In this document: positions 30,319 to 41,500 of the stretch, one piece after another
How the letters are laid out: the number at the start of each line of letters is the position of its first letter
How positions within the stretch are numbered: the first letter of the stretch is position 1
Source of the DNA: Bacteroidota bacterium
GTDB taxonomy: Bacteria; Bacteroidota; Bacteroidia; AKYH767-A; OLB10
Length of the DNA: 64,000 nucleotides
Direction: 5' to 3'
NCBI GenBank assembly: GCA_031366005.1
Contig: JANLZB010000038.1
Coordinates: 41,208-105,207 of the forward strand
Made by a program: the position numbers and the translations under genes
Notes under the pieces: model-generated
The model's input: the letters and a program-made list of their open reading frames with translations, nothing else
Database searches by the model: none
What the model was told of the DNA's origin: nothing

Positions 30319-31299
30319 TTACATTCCCAATATCCACGCAAACATCAGCGGAGCAACGATGCTCGCATCTGATTCCACAATAAATTTTGGTGTGTCAATT
30401 CCCAATTTTCCCCAGGTAATTTTTTCATTCGGCACAGCACCTGAGTAAGAACCATAGCTCGTTGTTGAATCACTTATCTGGCAGAAATAACTCCAGAATG
30501 GAATGTTCTCCATCTCCATATCCTGGTATAACATCGGCACCACGCAAATGGGAAAATCACCTGCAATGCCACCACCGATCTGAAAAAATCCGATTCCTTT
30601 TCCTTCAGAATTTTTTACATACCAGTCAGCCAGCCACGCCATGTATTCAATTCCTGATTTCATGGTGGAAGCTTTTATTTCCTTTTTTATTACATAGGAA
30701 GCAAAAATATTTCCCATCGTAGAGTCTTCCCAACCGGGAACAACAATCGGTAAATTTTTTTCAGCCGCAGCAAGCATCCAGCTGTTCTTCGGATCAATTT
30801 CATAATACTGATCTAATTCTCCGCTCAATAAGATTTTATACATGAATTCATGCGGAAAATACCGTTCGCCATTTGTGTCTGCATCTTTCCAGATTTTATG
30901 AATATGTTTTTGCAGTCTTCGAAAAGCTTCCTCTTCAGGAATACAGGTATCGGTTACACGGTTGAAATGATTCTCCAGCAAATCCCATTCATCCTGCGGA
31001 GAAAGATCACGATAGTGAGGCACACGTTTATAATGATTGTGTGCAACAAGATTCATAATGTCTTCTTCCAGATTTGCTCCGGTGCAGGAGATGATATCCA
31101 CTTTTCCTTCGCGAATCATTTCAGCCAATGAAATTCCTAACTCAGCAGTGCTCATGGCGCCTGCAAGAGTGATCATCATCTTACCACCTTCTGATAAATG
31201 TGTTATGTATGCTTCAGCAGCATCCATCATGGCAGCAGCATTAAAATGCAAATAATTTTTCGCCATGAATTGCGATACAGGTCCTTTACTCATTGTCAT
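30319..31299 (-). CDS. deoxyhypusine synthase-family protein
   Basis: 326 aa. The motifs TLAGAMSTAELG, GKVDIISCTGANLEED and the C-terminal region are characteristic of the DHS/homospermidine-synthase-like fold. Confidence 0.75.
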   Translation of the reverse strand: MTMSKGPVSQFMAKNYLHFNAAAMMDAAEAYITHLSEGGKMMITLAGAMSTAELGISLAEMIREGKVDIISCTGANLEEDIMNLVAHNHYKRVPHYRDLSPQDEWDLLENHFNRVTDTCIPEEEAFRRLQKHIHKIWKDADTNGERYFPHEFMYKILLSGELDQYYEIDPKNSWMLAAAEKNLPIVVPGWEDSTMGNIFASYVIKKEIKASTMKSGIEYMAWLADWYVKNSEGKGIGFFQIGGGIAGDFPICVVPMLYQDMEMENIPFWSYFCQISDSTTSYGSYSGAVPNEKITWGKLGIDTPKFIVESDASIVAPLMFAWILGM

Positions 31300-31325
31300 A
31301 AAAATTTTAGGAGTGCAAAAATAAT

Positions 31326-31799
31326 TTATTGAGCGGTTAAAGCCCTCAGGAATTCTTCAGGTTTATAAGTACCGATAAGATAATTCATTCCTTCACGGTC
31401 AGTGAGTTTAATGGCATCCTTTCCGCCTGAATAAAATTTTATCGTGTTTTTAGAATGAACATTAAATGCAGGATTATTTAAATGATAATTGCTGTAAACG
31501 GTTTTTTCAATATTAACAATACTGCTGCGGTCAATTTTAACCAACCGCGTTTTCCACATTCCTTTTAGGATAATTGAATTTTCAGTGACGATGATATGCA
31601 AATGTTTTACAAATAATAACACCACTGAAACAACAAGAATAAAAAGTCCCAGCACAAATAAAAGATCAGCGTCCTGTTCACGGTTTTCAGTGTAGTAATA
31701 AGCAACAAAACAAAAAATGGCGAGCACCATTCTCCGCGAAATGGAGTAAGGGTTGAAACCTAAATATTGTTTCTCTTCAAATAAAATTTTGCTATCCAT
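31326..31799 (-). CDS. small membrane protein, unknown function
   Basis: 157 aa with two predicted transmembrane helices. Its start overlaps the tilS stop by 8 nt. Confidence 0.4.
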   Translation of the reverse strand: MDSKILFEEKQYLGFNPYSISRRMVLAIFCFVAYYYTENREQDADLLFVLGLFILVVSVVLLFVKHLHIIVTENSIILKGMWKTRLVKIDRSSIVNIEKTVYSNYHLNNPAFNVHSKNTIKFYSGGKDAIKLTDREGMNYLIGTYKPEEFLRALTAQ

Positions 31800-33162
31800 T
31801 TTCTTTTACAGATTTTTTTATTTGCAGCTGAATAACTTTTTTTGTTTCATCCGTAACACGATAACGATTATCCAACCTGTGATTTACCACCCAAACAATT
31901 TCATCTCCCGATGGAGCCGGATTCACAATTAACCAGGTTCTTTCTTTATCAGCAAGCGAAAATTTTTCATCTGTAAAATAATCACTCAGCTTTTTGCGAT
32001 GCTCCATTCCGAGAGGATAAAAATAATCTCCTTTTTGCCATCTTCTTAACACCAACGGAAATTTAATTTTTGAGGCATCAATGACAGCATTTGTTTTGCT
32101 GCAATCAGAAAGATTAAAATCATCTGTTAGATTAATCTCAAGTATTGTATCATTAAAATAAATTTTATGATCGTTTTTATTGATCAGGTAAGTGGGATCA
32201 TCATTTATAAAAGGAGGTGAAGTAATAATAAACTGTTTACGGTTAACAATGAGGCGATGTGATACTGAGTAGAAAACAATTCCGCTATTGTCCGGTTTTT
32301 CAGAACACAGGGAATCTATTTGTGATGAATTGAAATTAAAATCTTTTAAAAGGTAATAAATTAAAGTTTTTTTAGCAGGATGATTATTTATTTTTTCTGC
32401 ATCAATGATTACATCATCACCTGAGTGAAGAATAATTTCATCGCTGTATCTTTTAATTGTTTCTTCCAGTAGCAGCAGTGATTCGCTGGTAAACTGTGAA
32501 ATGTTTTTTATCGCATCATGCACGGATGGATTAATCTCTTTTAGCAATGGAATTATTTTATGACGGATAAAGTTTCGATGGTAATCTGTTGTTGCATTGG
32601 AACTATCCTCACGCCATTTTAAATTATTCTCAGATGCATATTCCAATATTTCTTTACGTGTCGCAAATAATACCGGGCGAATTACAAAATTATTTTTTAC
32701 AGGAATTCCTTTCAATCCTTCCAATCCTTTCCCTCTGATAATGTTCAGCAAAACTGTTTCTGTTGAATCTTCCTGGTGATGTGCTGTAGCGATAAAATCA
32801 AAATTGTTTTCTGTTCTTAACTTCTCAAACCATTTGTAACGCAAATTACGCGCTGCCATCTGAATAGAAATATTTTCTTGCTCTGCAACTTTTAATGTAT
32901 CGAAATGCTGAGAAAAAACTTTTACATCATATTTATTTGCCAGTTCGTTTACAAACTTTTCATCAGCATTTGATTCCTCACCACGCAAATTAAAATTGCA
33001 ATGTGCAATGGCAAAAGTATATTGACACTGAAAAAACAATTGAGTCAGTACTACAGAATCCAATCCTCCACTCACAGCAAGTAAAAATTTATTTTGTTTT
33101 GAAGCACCACATTGTTCTTCAAGAAATAATTGAAAAGCAGCAATCAGTTTGTTTGAATTCAT
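31792..33162 (-). CDS. tilS: tRNA(Ile)-lysidine synthetase
   Basis: 456 aa. The PP-loop is LLAVSGGLDSVVL (SGGxDS). A C-terminal TilS domain is present. Confidence 0.85.
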   Translation of the reverse strand: MNSNKLIAAFQLFLEEQCGASKQNKFLLAVSGGLDSVVLTQLFFQCQYTFAIAHCNFNLRGEESNADEKFVNELANKYDVKVFSQHFDTLKVAEQENISIQMAARNLRYKWFEKLRTENNFDFIATAHHQEDSTETVLLNIIRGKGLEGLKGIPVKNNFVIRPVLFATRKEILEYASENNLKWREDSSNATTDYHRNFIRHKIIPLLKEINPSVHDAIKNISQFTSESLLLLEETIKRYSDEIILHSGDDVIIDAEKINNHPAKKTLIYYLLKDFNFNSSQIDSLCSEKPDNSGIVFYSVSHRLIVNRKQFIITSPPFINDDPTYLINKNDHKIYFNDTILEINLTDDFNLSDCSKTNAVIDASKIKFPLVLRRWQKGDYFYPLGMEHRKKLSDYFTDEKFSLADKERTWLIVNPAPSGDEIVWVVNHRLDNRYRVTDETKKVIQLQIKKSVKENG

Positions 33163-34469
33163 TCTTTAATGATTTTGAAAGTTTCTTTAATACCTAATGC
33201 ATTTAACATGCCTTGGGCTTTCAGAATACATTCATGGTATTCCTGTATGGCATCACTCTTTGCTGTTATCGCACTTCCCACGGGAATACTCAGTTGGTTT
33301 GTTTTCGAATTATAAATGATACTTCTGATCACAACATTAAAATCAAAATCTCCATCTGGATCAATATATCCTGCTGAACCGGAAAAAATTCCACGCTTAA
33401 AATTTTCAAACTCTTCAATCAGTTGCATCGCTCTCACCTTTGGCGCTCCGTTCATTGAACCCATCGGAAACATAGCTTTAATAATAGTTGTAAAAGAAAT
33501 TTCATCTCTTAGTTCAGCCGAAACTGTGGAGACCATCTGATGTACTCTTGGAAAAGTATAAACACCAAAAAGCTCATCCACTTTCACGCTGCCTTTTTTT
33601 GCAATACGCGATAAATCATTGCGTACCAAATCTACAATCATTACATTCTCTGCACGTTCTTTTTCACTCTGCTGTAGCTGTTGTTTTAAAATATGATCTT
33701 TTGTTTTATCATCTGATCTCTTGCTTGTTCCTTTCATTGGCTGAGAAAAAATTCTTGTTCCTTGTTTAGCAATAAATCTTTCAGGACTTGCACACATCAG
33801 GTAGTGATCCTTAATCCGCGCAAAGCAGGAGAATGGTGAAGGCGAATATTCAGTTAATCTTTTGTAAACATTCAACGGATCAATTTTGCTTTTCTGCAAA
33901 ATCTGAATACAATAATTCATCTCATAAATATCACCACGATGCAGATGATATTTTATTTTGTCAATGATTTTGCAATAATTCTCTGCTGAAGGCAATTCAA
34001 ATTCAAAGGTTGATTCTACAGTTTCACTATTGATAGGTTCCTTATTAATTAATCGCTGAAAAATATTTGCTGCTGCAATATTGTCGGAACATTCTATTTC
34101 AATATTTCCCTTTTTTAAAACAATTAATACTTCTGGTATAAAAAAATGAAGCATCGGGATTTGGATTGCATCAGGATTAGAAGATGTTAAATGTTCAATT
34201 TCATTTTTTAAATCATAACTGATCATTCCAAATTTCCAGGCATCAGCATTATGTTTAAGAAAGTCATTCAATTCACTTAAACAGTTTTGATTAACCGACA
34301 ATAATTTTTTTACCCCGAACCCGGCAATCATTTCATACTTAACAGGAATATTTTCAAATAAAACCTGCGGACAACTATCCAATACAGCAAAATGTTCATA
34401 TTGCGATGAGAGGTTTAGTATCCGCTCCCGCATTTCCTGCGTTGTGCCCGGGTATGAAAATCTTTGCAT
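33159..34469 (-). CDS. pabB: aminodeoxychorismate synthase component I / chorismate-binding enzyme (PabB/TrpE family)
   Basis: 436 aa. The C-terminal chorismate-binding signature reads ...FPMGSMNGAPKVRAMQLIEEFE...RGIFSGSAGYI. Confidence 0.7.
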   Translation of the reverse strand: MQRFSYPGTTQEMRERILNLSSQYEHFAVLDSCPQVLFENIPVKYEMIAGFGVKKLLSVNQNCLSELNDFLKHNADAWKFGMISYDLKNEIEHLTSSNPDAIQIPMLHFFIPEVLIVLKKGNIEIECSDNIAAANIFQRLINKEPINSETVESTFEFELPSAENYCKIIDKIKYHLHRGDIYEMNYCIQILQKSKIDPLNVYKRLTEYSPSPFSCFARIKDHYLMCASPERFIAKQGTRIFSQPMKGTSKRSDDKTKDHILKQQLQQSEKERAENVMIVDLVRNDLSRIAKKGSVKVDELFGVYTFPRVHQMVSTVSAELRDEISFTTIIKAMFPMGSMNGAPKVRAMQLIEEFENFKRGIFSGSAGYIDPDGDFDFNVVIRSIIYNSKTNQLSIPVGSAITAKSDAIQEYHECILKAQGMLNALGIKETFKIIKE

Positions 34470-34588
34470 TACATAGCAAAGTAAATTAAAAGAAAAAACA
34501 TCTGTACTTATTTATCAAAGCCTTTTATCTTCGAAAAAAATGTAATGGTTAATTATTTCAGTTTTATTGACACTCAAAAGCTTGATAA

Positions 34589-34882
34589 AAAGCTGTCTGC
34601 GGGAAATTTTCCCTTCAGCAATTTTTATTCTGGGATGTTGATATAGAAAAAATTGATCTGAAAAAAAATCAACGATATGTAATAGAAAGAGTTCTTTCAC
34701 GGGAATTCACTGAAGATTTTTATATGCTGTTGAAAATTTATACTGAGGATGAAATAAAAACCGCACTTCGCAAAAGCAGAGAATTAGATCCTAAAACAAT
34801 TAATTTTTGCAGCCATTTTTTTAAGCTCCCAAAATCTGAAATGAATGCTTCATCTTTCTACCGAGATAATAGAGTTCATTAA
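34589..34882 (+). pseudogene. remnant of a small conserved Bacteroidota ORF (LFWDxDIxKID ... LDxKT(I/L)NFCSxxFxxPKSE family) lacking a start codon in frame
   Basis: The open frame reads ...FLFWDVDIEKIDLKKNQRYVIERVLSREFTEDFYMLLKIYTEDEIKTALRKSRELDPKTINFCSHFFKLPKSEMN..., which I recognise as a recurring small Bacteroidota protein family. No ATG/GTG/TTG occurs upstream of FLFWD in this frame. An ATG-initiated 33-codon ORF in the +1 frame (34545..34646) ends inside it, suggesting a frameshift. Confidence 0.3.
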
Positions 34883-34981
34883 AAAGACTTGTGTTTGAAT
34901 TCGAACTATTTTTCCTTTCTATCAAGCGAAAATTTAACATCTTTACTCCGAAGTATTAATACCATCCAATAAATATTTTAA

Positions 34982-36520
34982 ATGCTAATAAAAACTTTCG
35001 GTAGTGCTGTGTATGGAATCAATGCGACAACCATAACGGTTGAAGTAAATGTGAGCCAGGGAATTAAATTCTGGCTGGTGGGTTTACCTGATAACGCTGT
35101 GAAAGAAGCGCAACATCGCATTGAAGCTGCTTTAAAAAACACTGGTTATAAAATGCCGGGACATAAAGTGGTGGTGAACATGGCTCCTGCTGATATCCGT
35201 AAAGAAGGTTCTGCTTTTGATCTAACTATGGCAATGGGAATTTTATGTGCATCAGAACAGATATTCGCTCCTGAAATTGATCAGTATATAATTATGGGAG
35301 AGCTTTCGCTTGATGGCGGATTGCAACCAATCAAAGGCGCTTTGCCAATTGCAATACAGGCACGCAAAGAAAATTTCAAAGGTTTTATTTTACCAAAAGC
35401 AAATGCACGTGAAGCCGCAATCGTAAGTGAACTTGATGTATATGGTGTAGATAATATGCGTGAAGTGATTGATTTTTTTATCGGGGAAGGTTCGCTGCAA
35501 CCGACAATTGTAAATACACGTGAAGAATTTTTAATGAAACAAAATCAAAGTGAAATTGATTTTTCGGATGTGAAGGGGCAGGAAAATATTAAACGTGCGT
35601 TAGAGATTGCTGCCTCTGGCGGACACAATGTAATATTGATCGGACCACCCGGTGCAGGTAAGACCATGCTTGCAAAACGATTACCAACCATTCTTCCTCC
35701 ACTCACTTTGCATGAAGCATTGGAAACAACAAAGATTCATTCTGTGGCAGGCAAGATGGGAAAAGATGCAGGATTAATTTCTATCCGTCCTTTCCGGTCA
35801 CCACATCATACCATCAGTGATGTAGCATTAGTAGGCGGTGGAGGCAATCCTCAACCCGGAGAAATTTCTTTGGCGCATAATGGAGTTTTATTTTTAGATG
35901 AGTTGCCTGAGTTCAAACGCACTGTGCTGGAGGTAATGCGTCAGCCGTTGGAAGAAAGAAAAGTTACCATTGCTCGTGCAAAAGCTTCTATTGAATATCC
36001 GGCAAGTTTTATGTTGGTGTCATCAATGAACCCTTGTCCTTGCGGATATTACAATCATCCGGAAAAAGAATGTGTGTGTGCTCCCGGTGTTGTACAGAAA
36101 TATCTCAACAAAATTTCAGGACCACTGTTGGATAGAATTGATTTGCATGTGGAGGTAACTCCCGTATCATTTACTGAATTAACTAAAGAAAGACTTTCTG
36201 AAAAAAGTGAAGATGTAAGACAACGTGTAGTGAAAGCAAGAGAAATACAGGAAGAACGATTTAAAGAAAATGAAAATGTGTATTGCAACGCACAAATGAG
36301 CAGCAAGCAACTGCGCACCATTTGTAAAATAACAGATGAAGGACAGCAGCTTTTAAAAACTGCAATGGATCGTTTGGGTTTATCAGCACGTGCATTTGAC
36401 CGTATTTTAAAAGTAGCAAGAACCATTGCTGATCTTGCTGACAGCGCAGATATTAAAACAGAACATCTTGCGGAAGCAATTCAATACAGGAGTTTAGATA
36501 GAGAAGGATGGGCGGGGTAA
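34982..36520 (+). CDS. YifB/ComM-family Mg-chelatase-like AAA+ ATPase
   Basis: 512 aa. The N-terminal Lon-like domain reads [22 protein letters not shown]. The Walker A is [14 protein letters not shown]-terminal Mg_chelatase_C domain is present. Confidence 0.85.
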   Translation: MLIKTFGSAVYGINATTITVEVNVSQGIKFWLVGLPDNAVKEAQHRIEAALKNTGYKMPGHKVVVNMAPADIRKEGSAFDLTMAMGILCASEQIFAPEIDQYIIMGELSLDGGLQPIKGALPIAIQARKENFKGFILPKANAREAAIVSELDVYGVDNMREVIDFFIGEGSLQPTIVNTREEFLMKQNQSEIDFSDVKGQENIKRALEIAASGGHNVILIGPPGAGKTMLAKRLPTILPPLTLHEALETTKIHSVAGKMGKDAGLISIRPFRSPHHTISDVALVGGGGNPQPGEISLAHNGVLFLDELPEFKRTVLEVMRQPLEERKVTIARAKASIEYPASFMLVSSMNPCPCGYYNHPEKECVCAPGVVQKYLNKISGPLLDRIDLHVEVTPVSFTELTKERLSEKSEDVRQRVVKAREIQEERFKENENVYCNAQMSSKQLRTICKITDEGQQLLKTAMDRLGLSARAFDRILKVARTIADLADSADIKTEHLAEAIQYRSLDREGWAG

Positions 36521-36638
36521 GATTTTACTAATTCTAAATTAATATGATTGCAATTATTATAAGACGTGGGTAGTAAACAACTGGAAAGGAAGAAAAAACA
36601 TTAGAAAAGAAGAAGAGATAAAATTATTGAATGCTCAT

Positions 36639-36932
36639 TTAATAATTTATCAATTTCCCGTTTTTGATATAATAAATGACGACTGTGTTTTTAATAATTT
36701 TAAAGGCAAATATCCATGTCTTATCAAAAGTTGCACATTTCAGGGTTTCAACTTTCCACTTTGGGTATTTGCAAATGGTGTAGGCATTTGGGGCGTGCGA
36801 GATTGAATCTGCAAAGTTTAAAAGTTTATCAATGTACTTCAAAGCAGTATCAGGCATTTTAATAGTTTCTGAAATGTAATCAGCAATCGAAGTAATTGCA
36901 TTTTCAGCCGAAGGCTTTAAAACAGCCTTCAT
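36639..36932 (-). CDS. type II toxin, RelE/ParE family
   Basis: 97 aa. ...KTWIFAFKIIKNTVVIYYIKNGK fits the RelE/ParE C-terminal beta-sheet signature. Four-base overlap with the upstream small ORF. Confidence 0.5.
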   Translation of the reverse strand: MKAVLKPSAENAITSIADYISETIKMPDTALKYIDKLLNFADSISHAPNAYTICKYPKWKVETLKCATFDKTWIFAFKIIKNTVVIYYIKNGKLINY

Positions 36933-37126
36933 TTTTTGCTTGCCTTTTTCGCTGAATATCTTTTTTTAACTTCTTCTTTCAGTTTTTTACCAAACTGTTC
37001 CAAAGAAATAGAATCGCTCAAATCATCTTCATCAACAATAGAGGCAATTGTTTTCGGAAAGGTTTTTACTAAAGAAAGTATTGCTTGCCCTTGTTCGGTA
37101 TTTTCGTTGATATTTACTTGTGTCAT
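36929..37126 (-). CDS. putative antitoxin partner of the RelE/ParE-like toxin
   Basis: 65-aa hydrophilic ORF whose stop overlaps the toxin start. Organised like a typical type II TA operon. Confidence 0.4.
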   Translation of the reverse strand: MTQVNINENTEQGQAILSLVKTFPKTIASIVDEDDLSDSISLEQFGKKLKEEVKKRYSAKKASKK

Positions 37127-37191
37127 GATAAAATTTTATGCTCTAAAATTACAAATAAAATGTTTCCTTCTTCTATCGTTGGAGATAGCTA

Positions 37192-37345
37192 TCACTCCAC
37201 TTCCACCACCAAATCATCCGCTTCCACAAGTGTCCCTTCACACAACACTAAATTTTTTATTTTAAAATCATTGGAAGCTGTGAAGGTTGTTTCCATCTTC
37301 ATGGCTTCAATGGTAAAGTGAGGTGTATTGCGTTTTACCTGTTGA
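37192..37345 (-). pseudogene. detached duplicate of the 3' end (last ~51 codons plus stop) of the pyruvate carboxylase gene
   Basis: About 88% nucleotide identity to 38545..38700. Its minus-strand translation is IGQQVKRNTPHFTIEAMKMETTFTASNDFKIKNLVLCEGTLVEADDLVVEVE*. The genuine end of pyc is VGQQVKRNTPLFTIEAMKMETTITASNDFKIKNLVLSEGTLVEADDLVVEVE*. Substitutions are mostly synonymous. Confidence 0.75.
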
Positions 37346-37580
37346 CCGATTATTGAATTTGTTTTATCTGGCTACTTCAGGATGTTTAATAAGTTTGTGT
37401 TCTATAAAACAAACTTTCATCTATTCAATGAGTTAGTGTTTACATTATCATACGTGATAACATCAATGAAAAACATTCGTATAATTGCAGCAACAGTACT
37501 CACCACACTTCCCATAGGAACAGTGTCCCAGGGTGAGTCTTCTGCTTTTATACCTATCTGTAAACATTTTATTTTATAGT

Positions 37581-38489
37581 ATGAAGTATAACAAACCTCC
37601 CATAGCAATACCTCAGCAAATTGAACAGTTAAAACGCAGAGGCCTTGTTATTTCAGATGAGCAGGTTGCATCTCATTTTTTACAAAATGTAAGTTACTAT
37701 CGTTTGGCAGGTTACTGGTGGCCCATGCAGTTGGATAAAACATTGCACACTTTTAAGCCTAACAGCACTTTTGAAAATGTAATAGCCATTTACAATTTTG
37801 ATCGTGAATTACGAATCCTTCTTTTTGATGTGATAGAACGAATCGAAATTGCTTTCCGCACTAAATTAATTTATCACCTGTCGCGTGAAATTTCACCATG
37901 GTGGTTTGAATACGCTGGTCATTTCAAAAACGCAGTAGAACATACCGAAACATTATTAGCAATTGACAGAGAACTCAAACAGACCAAAGAGGTTTTTATA
38001 AAACAACATTATATTAAATACCATACCGATACACGCAGACCTCCAGCCTGGAAAACACTTGAGATAGCCAGCTTTGGTAATCTTTCAAAACTTTATGGCA
38101 ATCTGCTGCCGTCCATTAAATCAAAAGATTTGATTGCAAAGGATTTTGGAACTGTTAATCACACCTTTTTACCAAGCTGGTTGCAAAGCATTACACAGAT
38201 AAGAAACATTTGCGCGCACCATGGAAGACTATGGAATAAGAATTTGCCGGGGAGACCTAAACTCCTTCCTAAACCTCCGAATGTGTGGATTGCTAATGTG
38301 CCTGCGGTTACAGAGCACCATCTGTTGTATGTGCATTTGTGTTGCATGAAATACCTGATGAATGTGGTAAATCCCAACAGTCATTTTACACAAATGTTAA
38401 TGTCTATGATGATGAAGTACCCAAACATTGATCCTAATGCTTTGGGCATAAAACCTGATTGGCAAAACGAACCACTTTGGGAAATATAA
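37581..38489 (+). CDS. abortive-infection phage-resistance protein, Abi_2 (AbiD/AbiF) family
   Basis: The start was taken at the internal MKYNKPP. The motifs KPPIAIPQQIEQLKRRGLVISDE...NVSYYRLAGYW, ...FDRELRILLFDVIERIEIAFRT and QIRNICAHHGRLWNKNLP are the hallmark Abi_2 motifs. Confidence 0.85.
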   Translation: MKYNKPPIAIPQQIEQLKRRGLVISDEQVASHFLQNVSYYRLAGYWWPMQLDKTLHTFKPNSTFENVIAIYNFDRELRILLFDVIERIEIAFRTKLIYHLSREISPWWFEYAGHFKNAVEHTETLLAIDRELKQTKEVFIKQHYIKYHTDTRRPPAWKTLEIASFGNLSKLYGNLLPSIKSKDLIAKDFGTVNHTFLPSWLQSITQIRNICAHHGRLWNKNLPGRPKLLPKPPNVWIANVPAVTEHHLLYVHLCCMKYLMNVVNPNSHFTQMLMSMMMKYPNIDPNALGIKPDWQNEPLWEI

Positions 38490-38544
38490 CAATTAACAGT
38501 TATAAATTTTTCCTTAGTGTTTCTAAGAAACGCCTTTGTAATTT

Positions 38545-41500
38545 TTACTCCACCTCCACCACCAAATCATCCGCCTCCACTAAAGTCCCTTCACTCAACA
38601 CTAAATTTTTTATTTTAAAATCATTGGACGCAGTGATGGTTGTTTCCATCTTCATTGCTTCGATGGTAAACAATGGAGTGTTGCGTTTTACTTGTTGACC
38701 AACTTTCACAAAAATTTTACTTAGCAAACCTTGCAATGGTGTTCCGATTTGTTTTTCGTTACTTGCTTTTGCATGTGAGATTTTTTTAACGTTTGCTTTT
38801 TTGTCTATTACATCCACGCTGCGTGTTTGTCCGTTCAAACGGAAGTAAACAGTGCGATGTCCGTTTTCATCCACATCACCAACATAAAGCAAACGAATGA
38901 TGATTGTTTTTCCTTTTGCAATCTCAACTAAAATTTCTTCGTTGTTTTTCATGCCGTAAAAAAATGCAGGGGTGGGCAATGAACTCACATCACCATATTT
39001 TTTTACGAAAGCATAATACTCTTCAAAAACTTTTGGATAAAATTTCCATGATAAAAAAGCTAAAAATGTGCATTGTGAATCAAATTTATTTTGGAATGCT
39101 GCAAACTCTTTTTCAAAATCAACAGGTTGTAAATGTGCGTTGGGTAAATCAGTGTAGGGCTTTTCATCTTTTAAAATGATGCGTTGCAATTCAGCCGGAA
39201 ATCCTCCGTGCGGTTGTCCTAAATCTCCTTTGAAAAAACTTTTTACTGATTCAGGAAAACTAATGTTATCTCCTTTGGTAAAAATATCTTCCTTGCTCAA
39301 ATTATTACTCACCATGTACAAAGCCATATCACCCACCACTTTTGAACTCGGTGTAACTTTCACCACATCACCAAACAATTCGTTCACATCAGCGTAAGTT
39401 TTTTTTATCTCCACCATTTTATCTCCCAACCCAAGTGAAGTCGCTTGTGGTTTGAGATTTGAATATTGTCCTCCAGGAATTTCGTGTTGATAAACATCAG
39501 CAGTACCAGCCATCATTCCGGACTCAAAAGGATAATACCATTCGCGAACTGTTTCCCAATAATTGGAATGTTCGTTGAGCGTGTCAATATTAAAATCAAC
39601 TTCGTGAGGTGTGTTGCGCAATGCTTCCACCATCGAATTAAAATTTGGTTGCGATGTTAAGCCACTCATCGAAGCAAGAGCAACATCCACCACATCAACA
39701 CCTGCTTCAATTGCTTTTAAATAAGTTGCAGATTGAATGGAAGAAGTATCGTGCGTGTGCAAATGAATCGGAATATCAATTACTTTTTTTAATTCAGCGA
39801 TGAGCAATGAAGCGGAATAGGGTTTCAACAAACCAGCCATATCTTTTATGCAAAGAATATGTGCGCCCATATTCTCCAGTTCTTTTGCAAGGTCAAGGTA
39901 ATATTGAAGCGTGTATTTCTTTTTGCTCTTATCTAAAATATCTCCGGTGTAACTAATGCATGCTTCTGCAATTCCTCCTGTTGAATTTCGCACTGCATCA
40001 ATACTCACCTTCATGCTCTTAGTCCAGTTGAGCGAATCAAAAATGCGAAACACATCCACACCATTCTTCCAACTCTCTTCAATAAATTTTTCAACGAGAT
40101 TATTTGGATACGCTGCATAACCAATTGCATTGTTACCACGAATCAACATCTGCAATAAAATATTTGGAATGGCTTCGCGCAATTGTTGCAAACGTTTCCA
40201 CGGACTCTCATGTAAAAAACGCAACGCAACATCAAACGTTGCTCCGCCCCAAACTTCCATACTGAATGTTTGCGGATGTTGCAATGCAAACGAATGTGCA
40301 ACACGCATTAAGTCAACCGTACGAACGCGGGTTGCCAATAAACTTTGGTGTGCATCACGAAAAGTGCAATCAGTAAACTGGACTTGCTTTTGTTCTTTCA
40401 ACCATTTTGCAAATTTTTCAGGACCGAGTTCAGTGAGTTTTTGTTTGGTCCCTGATTGGAGAGATTGCTTCGTGCCTCGCAATGACGAATGGTTTGGAAT
40501 TCGTGGTTGACTAAAAATTTTTGATGAATCAATTTTAGTTACATCAGGATTTCCGTTTACTAAAACATCAGCGAGATAGTTCAACACTTTCGTTCCACTG
40601 TCTTGTTTTATTTTGAAATGAAACAGTTCAGGATATTGCTCAATAAATTTTACGGTTGCTCCACCTTCACGGAAAACAGGATGCGTTATTACATTTTCTA
40701 AAAAAGGAATATTTGTTTTTACTCCACGAATACGAAACTCTGTCAGCGTGCGATACATGCGTTTACTTGCTCCACTCAACGTGCGGCCTTGTGCAGTAAC
40801 TTTTGCCAACATCGAATCAAAAAACGGAGACACCTTTACTCCTTGATAACTACTTCCTTCATCAATACGAATTCCATAACCTCCTGCATTTCGATAGGCA
40901 ATGAGTGTTCCGTAATCAGGTTTGAAATTATTGGAAGGGTCTTCCGTTGTGATGCGACATTGAATAGCAACACCACGACATTGCACTGCATCCTGATTTT
41001 TAATTTCAATTTTTGGAGAATCCAAACGCTCACCATCCGCAATTAAAATTTGATTGCGGACAATATCAATTCCTGTGATTTGTTCTGTTACCGTATGTTC
41101 AACTTGTATGCGCGGATTTACTTCAATGAAAAAAATATTTTCTTTTTCGTCCGTTAAAAATTCAACTGTGCCTGCATTGTTATAACCCACCTGCTTTGCA
41201 ATTCGCAAAGCGTAATCATACAACCTGTCACGAGTAGTTTGTTTCAGCCACGGAGCGGGAGCAATCTCTACCACCTTTTGAAATCTTCGTTGCACCGAGC
41301 AATCACGCTCAAACAAGTGAACAATGTTTCCGTGTTGGTCGCCAAGAATTTGTACTTCGATGTGTTTTGGATTATCAACAAATTTCTCAATGAAAATAGT
41401 ATCGTCACCAAAAGCATTTCCTGCTTCGCGTTTTGCTTCGTTAAATTCTTTTTCTAATTCTTCAATTTTTCTAATCACACGCATACCACGACCACCACCA

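Noticed and set aside
37085-38698. Plus-strand ORFs 37085..37321 and 38459..38698 (STSTTKSSAST... translations)
   Set aside because: They are the reverse-complement reading of the pyc biotinyl-domain tail and its duplicate. They are repeated because the DNA is duplicated, not because they are genes.
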